In this document: positions 1 to 12,200 of the stretch, piece after piece
How positions within the stretch are numbered: the first letter of the stretch is position 1
Layout of the letters: every line of letters begins with the position of its first letter
DNA from: Protoeuglena noctilucae
Lineage: Eukaryota
Assembly: GCA_958009085.1 (NCBI GenBank)
Contig: OY253684.1
Location: 186,001-250,000 of the forward strand
DNA: 64,000 nucleotides
Direction: 5' to 3'
Made by a program: the position numbers and the translations under genes
Notes under the pieces: generated by a model
Database searches by the model: none
What the model was told of the DNA's origin: nothing
Seen by the model: the letters and a program-made list of their open reading frames with translations, nothing else

Positions 1-3000
1 ATGGCGGCGCGCGCGGGGCAGGCCGAGGCGCTGCGAGCCATGCTGCGGGGGGTGGCGGGTTCAGACGGACGTGACCCGCGGGAGGGTGAGCCGCGCGACG
101 GTGGGGGTCGGAGTGGCATGCTTGCGGAGCTGCCATTAGTCGAGGCTGGCGAGTGCCTGTTGTGGTGGTGTGACGGGATCAGGATGCGTTGTGCATTTCA
201 GTTCCCAAGTAACCCTGACCATCGCTGTCCGCGTCTGCCGCAGTTGCCGAGGCCCTCGAGCGCCGGAGCAAGCAGGCGGGGCTGTCCCCGCTGCACCGGG
301 CCGCTGAGGCGGGGAGCCAGCCCTGCTGCGAGGCCATCATGGCCGTCGCGCCCTCCCTCTTAAGCGCGCGGTGCAAGAAGGGCCGCACGGCGGGGGAGCT
401 GGCCCTGCGCAGGGGCTACGGCGCTTTGGCTGCAGTGCTGGGGCTGACCCACACTGCGCCACCCACCGCTGCTGCTGGCCAAGACGACGTGCGCGGTCGG
501 CCCACGCTACTGGTCGCGCCGCGCGCGTGCATGGAGCACCGCACCTTCCCGGAGGTGAGGCGCTGTTGCGGTGGATGGGGGTGGCATAGTACTGTTATAT
601 GGTTGGCGTTCCACCATGCGCGTACCCACGACTCTCACCACCATCCCCTGCCTTTCTCTCTACCTCAGCCATACGTGCGCGGTGCGTCAGATGTGCCCCC
701 TGAGAACGTCCATCGACTGAAGGTGCTCCTGCACCCCAGCACGGGCATCTTGCACGCCCAGGAGTTCGAGGGCCGCCTGGTTTGGGACATCGCATCGGGC
801 CCTGCGGCCATGGGAGACATTCTGCGGTGAGCGTGGATGAGTGTTCAGGAATAGTAACGGACTGTAATTCACCATTGCAACTTTACTATTTCACCACTAC
901 TGCTTCTCCTAAACCCTCACATCCCGCCTGCTTTCCTCACCCAGCGTGCACGACTGGCCTTACGTCCGGAGCCTCAAGCAGGCCTGCCAGGCCATTGAGG
1001 ACGTCCCCTCCGCCGTCTCTCACCTCGACGGGGACACCGCCATCTCCCGGCGCACCTTTGACGCTGCGCTCATGGCGGCGGGGGCCGTGGTGAGTGTGGG
1101 GTACCTAGGGGGCAGCCACTTCTTTCACGGATGGCTTTCTTCTTAGATCACGTGCTGCTGCAGAGGGACCCGCACTTGGTAGATCCCTAACCATGCAGGG
1201 TCATAACAGCCCGAGCGAGCCAGCCAAGAGTTGGGACTGAGAACCAGCTGCCACACGCACAGTTCACGCGACGCACGCACCCCTTTCCCCCTTACCACCC
1301 GCTCTGACCCTTCTTTCCCCTCTTCACCGCTTCTGCAGACGCACGCGATTGACCGGGTGATGCGGGGGGACGTGAAGAACGCCTTCTGTGCCATTCGCCC
1401 CCCGGGCCACCACGCGGGTCCTTCAGGAGTGGTCACCTCCCAACGCGACCCCAACGGCTCCCACGGCTTCTGCCTCCTGAACAACGTGGCCATCGGGGCC
1501 GCCTACGCGCTCAACGTCTACCGCCACGCGGGCATCCAGCGCGTCGCCATCCTCGGTGAGGCTAAGAGCAGACTAACAGCTTTGACGTGGACGTGTGCAA
1601 GTGGCGCATTGCACGCTGCACTCTCTTTGGCCGCTTGTGTTGTACACATCACTGCAACGGTGAACATCACTCCCTGCTCTCTTTTTCCACCCTTCCTGTG
1701 TACGGCATCCCACTCGCACAGATAAACGCCGTCCGTGTCGCCACCAGCCCACGTCATGCCGCCTCAACTCTCACCCCACTCACCCTCCCAATCCCCCCCC
1801 CCCCCCCACCAGACTTCGACGTGCACCACGGCAACGGCACGGAGGCGTGCGTGGACGCCGTGGTGCCTCGCACCGTGGTCCACCACTACAAGACGCCCTT
1901 CTCTGAGGGAGTCGAGAAGTTCTCCGTGTGGCGTCCCTGGCTGGACGAGGACGACTCGGACCGTGTCTTCTTCGCGTCGGTACAGGGATACGGCCCGAAG
2001 GCGCCCGGGGTGGCGGCGTTCGTGTACCCGGGGAGTGGGGCCACGTGCGACACGCGGGCGGGGGTCAAGGACGACGGCGGGGTGGACTTCATGGGGCAGA
2101 GGGTCGACGAGGACCCGGAGGTGAGAATGGGGGTGGGGGGTATCAGGAATGCAACAGGCACATAGTTCGGCAGCAACACCACAGCACCCCAGCATAGCAT
2201 GCGTGTGCCTCTGCCCTCTCATCCCTCCTCGCCCACCCCAACACCATCCGCCCATGCCTTTCCCTCTTCCTCACATCCCACCAACACCACCAGTACCACT
2301 CAAGACCTCTCCTCATCTCCGTCTCCCACAGAATGAGTTCGCGTACCACGGAGGCGAGGCCCCCCGGCCCGACGGCCCCCGGGTCATCAACGTGGGCATC
2401 GAGCACGCCACCCCGGACCCCGGCCTCTGGCGCCGCGCCTGGCGCGACAAGATCTTCCCGGCTTTGGTGAAGTTCCACCCCGACCTCATTCTGGTGTCGG
2501 CGGGATTCGATGCCCACCGCAAGGACGAGATCAACTTCGGGTACCTGGGGATCCTCGAGAAGGAGTTCGAGTGGATATCCGAACAGATTGTGCAGGCGAG
2601 TGCAGATGGGTCGGGAGTGCAGTGGCAGGCGGCACAATGGTTACGCGTGTGATGTCGTGTCATGTGTGTGTGCCATGTAGCCCCCTACAACCGGTGCCCT
2701 CACAACCGGTCCCTTCAGGTCGCCAATCGCTGCTGCGAGGGTCGCGTGGTGTCGTGCCTGGAGGGCGGCTACCGCATCCAGGGCGGGGTGGTGTCCGCGT
2801 TTGCGCGCTCGGTGGCCGCCCACGTGCACGCCCTCTGCGACACCCACGCCGCGAAGTGGGACCCGGCGGAGGCGCGATGGGAGCACGACAGGGAGAGGGC
2901 CAAGCTGCCGGTGAGTCGGCAGGGACTGGAGTTGGCAGGGACTGCAGCACAGCGCTTCTGTGGTTGTGTGCGCTAGGCGCCCCACCTTCCGCACCCCTCA

Positions 3001-3539
3001 CCCACTTCTCACCCACCCCTCGCGTCCACTCCACGCAGCGCCCGACATCCATGGCCTCCCCCACGCCCGGCATGGCCCGGGCCCACCCATCCGCCACGTC
3101 CCCAGCATCCCCCACGCCCCACACACCCCTTGACACCCACGCCCCCCCGGGGCACCTCGTGGGGGGCTCGCCCCACGCAGAGCTGGAGCCCATGGTCCTC
3201 GACCACCCGCCTCACATGGTGTCTGGCGCGGGCACCTCTGCTGCGCACGTGGATTTGGTCACCGTCAGGACGCCCGTCATGGGTGCGAGCGGGGCGGAGG
3301 TGCTGGGGGCTGCCTCGGATGGCCGGGCCAGTCTGTCGCAGGGTGGAGGGCATGTGAACGGGGGGCTGGGCACGGGGGCGAAGGCGGAGGGGGGTGCGAG
3401 TGGGGCGGGGGCGGGGGTGTGGGAGGAGGAGGGGGGCGGGGACCGTAAGCGGCGGCGGCGGGGCGCGGCGGTGGATTACAAGGCCTTGGACGCAAAGCTG
3501 AGGGCCGAGGAGGAGGAGGGGCGGGCGGGGGGCAAGTAG
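1..3539 (+). CDS. Zn-dependent histone deacetylase (class II-like) with N-terminal ankyrin-like repeats; multi-exon, probably 5'-truncated by the window edge
   Basis: Spliced exons give RPPGHHAG, GFCLLNNVAIGA, DFDVHHGNGT, SAGFDAH and LEGGY, the HDAC catalytic motifs. The N-terminal segments AARAGQAEALRAML and GRTAGELALRRGY resemble ankyrin repeats. The basic C-terminal RKRRRR precedes the stop at 3539. Confidence 0.9.
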
Positions 3540-3731
3540 TGGGGTGGGCATGCAGGGCTGTGGGTGTGCAAGACATGGTGGGCAAAGCGAGGTTGAGACT
3601 GGCTGAGGATGTGTGGTAGCATGGGTGCAGAGGGGTAGGTAGACAGGCAAGGCGTCTTTCCCTGACTGGCTAGTTGCTTTGCGCAGCGCTAGCTAGTTTT
3701 AACTCCACTCTCTAAGAATCACTTGCAAGCG

Positions 3732-4291
3732 TCACTCGAAGTTGAAGTGTTTCTCGAATGCGCTGACGACCTTCCACGTGCAGTCCATGCCCGCCGGGAA
3801 GACCACAAAGTCCCCCGCGCATATCACGGCCGGCGCCACCCCGTGCTTGGGGTCCGGCGTGACCACGGCGCTGCCCTGCAAACGCGAACCAGGCGACGCA
3901 GCTGCGTGCATCTCCAGTCATCTCTGGTCACAAGGGTTCTGTTGATCCCTCGTGATCCCATCGCACCTTTATGACGTAGCACATTTCCGTCTCGTCATAG
4001 TGCCAGGGGAACTCCGAGACCTTGCAGCTCCACGTCGGCCAGTTGCGGACCCCGACCATCGCCAGCATCTCAGGCTTCGGGTTGTTGTCGACCACGATCG
4101 CCCCAACATACCCGGGGGGCTTGTCTGCGCCAACAGGCCCGGAAACTGTGTCGCGAGCTCGCTTGCATCGCGTGTTCCTCACTTGTCCGGCTCCCCTCAC
4201 CTGCAGCCCGACATGAAACGGGGCGGGAGCGCGTGGCAAGTCGGCAGGACACGCGCGGCCGTGAAAGGAGCTGCGCACCGCTCAGCGCCAT
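3732..4291 (-). CDS. Small cupin (Cupin_3/DUF861-type) protein with transit-peptide-like N-terminus; spliced
   Basis: MALSGAQLLSRPRVSCRLA..., then GVRNWPTWSCKVSEFPWHYDETEMCYVI, then AGDFVVFPAGMDCTWKV...EKHFNFE*, matching the Cupin_3 pattern. Confidence 0.85.
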
Positions 4292-4569
4292 CCCCTCTTT
4301 TCCGATGCCCATCTCAACGCCGCGGGCAGGAACTACGAGAAACTTGCACATCAACAGTGATCCCAGTGACGCGAAATCAACGGGTTTTCATGACGATTCA
4401 CGGATTAAATGGCGGCGTCACTGTCAGGTGGAAGTGTGCCTCCAAACAACCGCTCGCTGCGATCACTGCCAGGTGTGTTTGCACCTGCGCATCGCGTGAC
4501 AGTGACTAGGCCTTGGATAGGCTTGCATCGAGCGTGTCGGCCCGTTAGATGCGGCGAGCCCCTGAGACC

Positions 4570-6203
4570 ATGACCGGGCACGCGGAAGCTATCGCAGTTG
4601 CTTTGGCTCCCAGCGGTGAGGCGCACACGCCGAGCGTGTGTCTGTGTGAGGGGCGGAGCAAGGCCCGCTTGGTTACATGCGGGATTTCGCGATTCTGATC
4701 TTCCAGATGTCCAGCTGCGCATTTCGGACGTGCCCGCCGACGTATTGGAGCTAATCCTCGACCTGCTACCCCGGCGGGATGCCTGCGTGGCGCGGGCCGT
4801 CAGCAGGGAGTGGCGCGCGAGGGTGGACGCGGTGTGGAGGGACTGGGAGCGCCCGAACGAGTGGCCGACGCGGGCGGACGAGCACCTGGCGAAGAAGGGC
4901 ATGGCGTGGCCGTGCGTGTGTGCGGCGGAGATGGCCGGGCAGCCCCTGTCCCCTCGGGTGCTGCGGATGCTGGTGGAAGCGATGCCAGACGAGAATCTTC
5001 CCGGGGCTTTGGCGGCCGTGGTGGGCGCGGCGGGCGGAGAGGGAGAAAGGGATCGGATGCTGCAGGAAGGGACGTGGAGTCGGGGGACGGCACTGCACGC
5101 GGCAGCGTCGCAGGGCAAGGGTGGCGCGGTGGCGGCGCTGGTTGCGTTGGGGACCCCGGTCGGCGCAGGCGTCGGGGGCGGGGCACGAGAGCGTGGTGCT
5201 AGTGCTGCTTGCGGCCAAGGCGGACGTGACGGCATCGCTCTTGGCGGGGGAGACGCCGCTGCACTGCGCGGCGGGTGGGGGGCACGTGGCGGTGATCCAC
5301 GCCCTGGTGGCCCACGGCGCTGACGTGGCGGTGGAAGACGAAAGGAGACGAACGGCGCTTTGCAAGGCGGCGCGGAAGGGGTTTGCGGGAGCGGTGGAGG
5401 CACTGCTGGGCTACGGTGCGGCGGTATCAGGCACGGATTCCCTGGGCGCGTCTCCGCTGCACAATGCCGCAATCGGTGGCAACGTGGGCATCGTTGTCGC
5501 GCTACTGCTGCGGCATGGAGCAAACGTGGCCGTCACGGACGGGCGCGGCCGCACGGCCATGCATGCCGCGCTGGTAAGTAAGGGTACGGGGTTGCCCAGG
5601 ACGACGAAGCGGGATGGGGACGCCGAGGCCATCGTGGCGCTGCTGTTGGAGCATGGGACGGACCCGGGCGCGACAGATGTGCAGGGAAGGACGGCTGTGC
5701 ACGTCGCGGCCAGTGAGAGGAAAGTGGGGGCCCTCCATCGGCTGCTGCTCGACAAGCGGGGGGGTGCGCTGGTGAATCAGCGGGACAGGAGGGGCCTGAC
5801 GGCATTGCACCTGGCAATGTGGTCGAGGTCCAGTTCGGCTGTGGGCCTATTGCTGGACGCGGGGGCAGACCCGGAGGCCGCTTGTGTGAGGGGCTGGCGT
5901 CCTGTTCACATCGCAAGCCGTCTGGGGTCCGAGGAGCCATTGGCGCTGATACTGCAGCGGGGTGCAGATGTGATGGCGGTGGACGAGAAAGGGTCGTTGC
6001 CTCTCCACCATGCTGCGGAGTACAACCGGGCGAACCTGGTAGGCGTGCTGGTGGGTCATGTGGCGGGCCTGGAGGCCAGGGACGCGGAGGGGAGGACGCC
6101 CCTCATCCTCGCAACGCGCTTCGGGAGGGCGGACAGCGCGAGGAAGGCACTGATCGAGGCGGGGGCGGACGAGGGCGCCGTGGATGCGTGGAGGAGGGGG
6201 TGA
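4570..6203 (+). CDS. F-box plus ankyrin-repeat protein with an apparent frameshift near 5160-5170 (possible pseudogene or assembly error)
   Basis: The F-box-like segment ISDVPADVLELILDLLPRRDACVARAVSREWR and the first ankyrin repeat lie in one frame. The following TPLH/TALH ankyrin repeats lie in another frame, running to the stop at 6203. A short first exon starts at ATG 4570 (donor gtgagg, acceptor ttccag). Confidence 0.8.
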
Positions 6204-6215
6204 ACCGCACGAGAC

Positions 6216-6220
6216 TGTAA
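6216..6220 (+). promoter_or_regulatory. TGTAA chlorophyte-type poly(A) signal (also at 24059, 41167, 55291, 59376)
   Basis: TGTAA occurs shortly downstream of the stop codons of the ankyrin, PFL-AE, POLLUX-like and VPS35 genes and of the small ORF. Confidence 0.55.
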
Positions 6221-6888
6221 GGGTGCCGGTGGCTGTGGCATGACGTGGATTTGAAGGCAAGCGGCGAGGGCCGGAGTGAGATGCACGAGGCTAGCGGCCG
6301 CGTGAGGGCGTCAAAGCACTAGCAGCTTGGGTTTTCGCCGCAGTGACGCCCTGCGTCAGGCGGCACGTCAGCCAGAGCAGCTGAAGTTGGATTATCGTGG
6401 ATTTGTGGAAACGAGCGCGTCACAGGTTTGACGGACGACTGAAGGGCTGGGGCTTGGGATCTCGCTCACGTACGACCCCGACATCGAGTTCTATGCATCA
6501 TCCCTCGGCTTGACGCATGCCAGTGGGATGCGGGTGGAGAGGAGCAAGAGGGCCGTGCTGCAAGCCACAGATCATGATGGAGCTGCTTGCGCTGCGCGGA
6601 TGAGCATGTCTGTGGATGCAGGGGAGCAGTAGCAGCCATTTGAAGGAGCTCGCATTGCCCTGCTGGCGCTCCTCCCTGACTTGCTCTGGGCTCTCCAAGT
6701 GTGCCGATCGTCCATGCCACCCCAGGAATGCGCAGCTTGCCTCATTGCGCACCCCGCCGGCATCTTGGGGACGACTGTGGCTTGGGCTCGACGACAAAGC
6801 TTCATCTGAGCCCTGCGTGCTGCCCCGCTGCCACCATTGCTGCGCCTGTCCGCGCAGCTAAACAACTGTCACAACCAGCAGTGCAACA

Positions 6889-8766
6889 ATGACTGCGCAG
6901 GGCTGTGGAATCGCCCCTTGCTCGCTGGTCGCGTGCCCGCGGCAACGTGCGTCCGCATTGGGTCCACGCCAGGTGCGGCTGCTGGGCGGGCTGGCCCATC
7001 TCAGCCATGAAAGGACGAAACTGACGCCATGTAGGCGCAGCAGCTCACGCTGATGGCGTGAAAGTCCCGCATTTGGCCGCGTGCGCTGCAGCCCTCGTCC
7101 GCTCCTGACCCCTTCGCGCGAACCCGCTGACCCTCGGCGCGAGGCCTGGCATGATCCGACAGACTTACATGCTCAGTATCGCGGCACCTGCAGGGCAACG
7201 TGGCCGTTGCGGCCACGTACGAGGGCGGGAACAAGCGGAGGTCGCCGCCGCGCGATGCCCCCGCGGGCAGGCCGAACCTTCCAAAGGCGAGCGACAAGCC
7301 CGCCGCTCTCGGCTTGTAATGCGCTGTAGTATGCTGCCAAGACCCACGGACCTCGCCCCGCCCCGCAGAGCGGATACTTCGCCCCCGCGGACCCCAACGC
7401 TCCTGTGATTGCCTATCGGCCGCGCGGCGCCGGCAGAGATCCTCTCAAGAAGGGCGGCCGTTTCGACGAGGAATTCATATGGAACACGGACTGGAAGTCG
7501 GCGATGGAGTACGAGGAGGACGTGCGCCGGCAAATCCAAGAGGCGCAGGTGCCGGCAGCGGGCGTGGGCCCAGCCGGTGCACCTCTGTGCCCGCAGCGAC
7601 CCTTGCACATGCGACTTCTTGGTCGTCGCCAGCTTCAGGGGCTTTTCACATCCACGCCTGCTACCCACCCTCACACCCCCGCTCTCGTCTCTCCCACTCC
7701 CACGTCGCTCGCTCCCCACCCATCCCCAGGAGCGGCGCGAGCAGGGCTCCCCCGGGGCCCCCACGGGCACCAAGGGCTTCGTTTCCCTGGGTTCTCTCGC
7801 TTCCTTAGACGACGTCAGCGTCGACCTGTCGGACCAACTGCGCCCTCGCAACGTCGAGGCTTCGTCGGCCCCGGTTGCGCCCCCGGCGAAGGCGCCGCCC
7901 TCGCCCGCGCGGCCCCCCGAGGCCCGCCGGCCGGGGGTGTACGCGCGCCTGCCGCCGAGCAAAGGGGAGGCGCGGCGGTGGGACCGATCCCGGGCCGCGG
8001 CGGGGCGCCCGGTGGTGGCGGCGGGGCCTGCCACCGAGGAGGAGATGACGGAAGAGCAGAGGGCGAAGCGGGAGAGGAACGCCAAGCGGTGAGAATGCTT
8101 AGATGTCCTATGTGGTACGCATCCCTGTGCACATCATCTCTGTGCATGGGTTGGATGACACCATTGCTAGCTCCCTCGCCCGCCTTTGGTGAGGTGGTCG
8201 GTGCAAGCGCCGCCACCGCCCCGGTGCGCTTCGCAGGTACGAGGAGCTCAAAGTGCAGACGCAGCTGTGGACGGTGGCCATCGCGGGCGTCTCGTTCCTG
8301 GCCACCCGCTCCTTTTACCCCACTGACGTTTCGACGTCGTACCTGGTGGGGGCCATCGGGGGGCTCATCTACCTACGATCCCTCTCCAGGTGACTGCCAG
8401 AGCAGTGATACTTTGCATACGCACGCGTGGCAGAGGCTAGGCGAGGCGCACAACCCTGCATTCACCTGCCACCGCTTGCGTCACAGGAGCGTGGATGCGC
8501 TGGGCGGGGGGGGGCAGGGCGCGGCAGCCGCCGCCAACCCGCGGCTGCTCATCCCCGTGATTCTGGTCCTGGGTGCCAACCGGTGGAATGAGCTCAAGGG
8601 GGATGAGTTTGGGGTCCATTTGGCCATCCTGCCTGAGCTGCTGGGCTTCTTCACTTACAAGGCAGCCGTCGTGGGGCTGCAGTTCACGGCGCTGATGCGC
8701 GAGTTCATCGGGAGGGACTTCCAGGGCCAGAAGGCGAGGCAGGGCGCGGCTGGATGTTATATGTGA
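6889..8766 (+). CDS. CGL160: CGL160-like chloroplast ATP synthase assembly factor (Atp1/UncI-like C-terminal domain)
   Basis: Transit-like exon MTAQGCGIAPCSLVACPRQ, then FDEEFIWNTDWK, then C-terminal NPRLLIPVILVLGANRWN...LLGFFTYKAAV, matching CGL160 motifs. Confidence 0.8.
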
Positions 8767-9284
8767 AACCAGCACGAGGCATGGGTGCCGGCGCAGCTAC
8801 TGTGTGAGTGCTCACGTGATTCCAGCCCGGTTGTGTCACTGTTAACTGCGAGCGTGCTGCGTTTGGCAGGAAGCTGGCGATGCCGGGGAGGAGGGTGAGG
8901 ATGAGGGTGACGGGGATGGGAAGGGCGGTGGGCCTGGGGACGGGGAGAATGCCACGAGCGTGGACCGAGCCTTCATCAGCCGGGTCACGTGGGGCTGAGG
9001 GTGTGATATGCGTGGTGCACCGTGTTTTGCTTTTCTTTTTGACAACGTCGCATCGGACGGCCCAGCCGGGGCTCTGACGTGTTGTGACAAGAATGCACGG
9101 ATGCGTGTTTTCAAATGGAGCTTCTCCTTTCGTTTTGGAGCAATTTTGAACAATCACGGAACCTCTTATACAACTCTATGAAGATCAGTTGTGAAGAGAA
9201 GATAAGAAGACACGGCATGTCTGCGCATAGGCAGGGTTCCTTACGGCCTTGCCCCCTCATAGGTGAGACGCGGCGAAGCCCTCG

Positions 9285-12200
9285 TCAGCGCTCGCCTTCC
9301 AGCCTCGGAAATCTGCAAGCAAGGGCCTCCAATGTAACGTCCATGCAATTACCGACTAGCCGCACACACGCAATGTCGCCACTGCAGTCACGGCACCCCC
9401 ACCCGGCAGGCACTGCATTTGCCGCACACAACTTGCTCCCGACAACACCCCAGCGCACCTGACCCCGGCCTCTCGATGGATTGCCGCGATGGCGCCACCG
9501 CACCCCCTCGGATGGTGACGATTTCGTGGCTTTGCGTGCCATGAGTGCCGCGCCCAGTCATCCCTGGTGCTTCAGGGATCGCCAGGCCGATCTCCGAATG
9601 CTCCGCCGCCAGAGATACGGACGCCTGGGATGGGATGGGCCACGGTCATGTCGCATGGTCAGCACCAGCATGGTCGGCGTCCGCGACTGACGGTGCAGCA
9701 CACGGCACGTTGTGAGCGCGACACAGCAACACAGCGCAATGGCGCACACCTGTGATCCCTCAGCGTGGAGCCCCGCATCCACCGCCCCGATGCCGAACGC
9801 AAAGGGCGGGGCGGGGGCCATCCCGACAGACTCTGCCACGTGCGCAAAGCTGAACCCTCCCGCCGCGTCCCCTCCACGATGGCCCTCCCGGCCAGACACC
9901 GACGTCCCGTGAGCCGTGTGGCTGGCTCCGGCAGGCGCACCTGCACGCATCGGGCGTTGGCACGAGGGTGAAGTGCTCAGCCACCCCCCCATGTGCCTTG
10001 CCGCCTGCGCATGCCACGACGCTCACCGCCCCCGCCTCCCTCGGCCCCGTGCGCGCCCCCCGGCTGCGCCGAGCTCGGCTGGGCGAAGCGGGGCTCTGGG
10101 TCCGCGACGTCCTGCGTCCCTGCGACCATGTGGGCGCGCTCCACGCGGCGACGGAAGGAGGTGCCCCCGGGGATGGTCGCAAAGTGGTCCTGCGGATGGG
10201 GTTGGGGTGAGGAAGAAGCGGTGATGGGGAGGTGCATGTGGGCAAGACTGGCGATGAGGTGCGATGGACAGGACTGAAGGGCAGGTAGGTATGCGCTGGA
10301 CTAGCGGGAAAGCAACCCAAGGGTGCGATGGCGGGAGTAAGAGACCCGTCCGCTGCCCCATGGCCCACTCCGAGTGCCCAGCCCAGCCCATTCGCCTGCA
10401 TCCTCGTCCACTCCGAATGCCCCAGCCCCGTGTCCCCGAAGTCGCTGGGCTCTGCCCCCGGGAGCGGCCGCACACGGTCGCGCATCGCCTTCCGCACCGC
10501 CACCGGCAGAGGGCGCTCCGGGAAGGCCCCGTCGTCCGGCTCCCGCGTCGGGGACCCCACGCGGACGACGGACAGCGCCGAGGCAGCCCCCGCTGCCGGG
10601 TTCAGCTCTGCCGCAGCCGAGGCCGGGCGGCCCTCAGTGCCGGCCAACGCGCCCCTCTGCGGAGTGCGAGGGGTTGCAAAAGAGCTTAACCACTCCAAGG
10701 GCAGTGGTGCAGATTGCCTGATCTGTAACGCGCGTGTCCTGTTCATCCCAAAGCACACAGAGCCGATGAGCCAGTGCATGCACGCGGCCTCCGCCCTGCC
10801 GCTCTCCACGTCCCTCACCTCCCTGGCCTCCTCCAGGGACACCACGGCCGTCATGGGCAGCGGATCGCGGCGTCCCCGGTACTTGGAGATGTTCTTGGTC
10901 CCGCCAGGCCCGACCTGCCCCCGCACGTCGTCCTGCCAACCCCGGATGCCCGACACGCGACGCCCCACCTCGGCGCGCATCTCCTCCCGGACCGCAGCGA
11001 CCAGGCGCTGGCGCTCGGAGGCCGCGCCCCGCGCCGCCGCGCCCCGCACCGCCGCCGTGGCGCCCAGGAAGGACCGCACCTTGGCCAGGCTCTGGGCCGT
11101 CGCCGCCCGCTCCGACGCAGTGCGCGCGGCCACCGCCGCCCTCGCCTGCGCGTCGAGGGAAGCAAACCATGACGAGCGACCACGAGCTGGTGACACGCAA
11201 GCTCGCTTGAAGAATCCGTGCTTCCTTGCACACGCCGTTGCTGTTCGCGCTACCCCATGTCTACTCACCTCTGCTGCCTCCTGCGCCGCTTCGGCTTTGT
11301 CGATGCGCCTCGTGAAGGCCACCAAGGTCCGCGCGAACGCCCCCGAGTAAGCCCGGCCCACGCGCCGCTCTTTCGCCACCTCCCGCCGCTCCTTGCTCAC
11401 CGTCGCACGCTCCTGCGCAGCTGCTAGCCGCTGCGTCGCCCCCTCCTCTGCATTCGTTAACAAACACACGGACTCAGTTGTGAAGCAAGGCACACGCGCC
11501 CCAACGAGGCGGGCATTAGCGTCACTATGCCACCAGCTATGCTTCCTGCATCAGGCATTGCACCGTCGTTCTCCCCATCAATCAAGCACCACGCACCTCT
11601 CTTGGCGTCCGCCACCACCCGCGCGTCCCGCCCCGACGCGCCCGCCTCTGCCGCCGCCATTGCCCGCAGCTCCGCCACGTTGCGCATCTGGGCCGCGTGC
11701 TCCTCTCTCTCCCGCTCCACCAGCGGCCGGCACGAGGCCGCGTGCGCCGCCCTCGCCTCCCTCGCCCGGGCGTTGGCCTCTGCCGTCAACTCAACCTGCT
11801 CCCCCGCCGCAGAGTACTTGAGATAGTCCACGTCCAGCGTTCGCGCCGGTAGCGGCTCCCGCTCCCGCACGTCCTGCGCCCTGCGCTGCCGCTCCGCCAG
11901 CGCCTCCACCAGCTGGTTGGTCCGCGACTCCTCCCACTCCCGCTTGAGCGTGCGCACCATGTCGGCCACCGCGCTCCGGATCCCAAGCATCGTCATCCGC
12001 GTGGTCGCCTCGCGGCTCGCGGATGCCCCCAGATGCGCCAGGCCGGACGACACCGCCGGCACCTCCGAGACCGCACCCGACCCCTCGCCCCCTCCACCAC
12101 CCTCTACCCCCTCGCCCTCCTCATCCCCGCCGTCCTCATAGATCACCGGCGGAGGCGCCGTGGCCCGCTCGCTCACGTGGCTGAAGATCGACACCCCGGA

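Noticed and set aside
2686..2716. Small direct repeats (acaaccggt x2; also accacgaagg x2 near 41208 and gtttcccatg x2 near 59255)
   Set aside because: Two-copy micro-duplications in introns or intergenic DNA with no supportable function
6466..6865. Overlapping short minus-strand ORFs between the ankyrin gene and CGL160
   Set aside because: No motif and no consistent exon chain, so a gene cannot be supported
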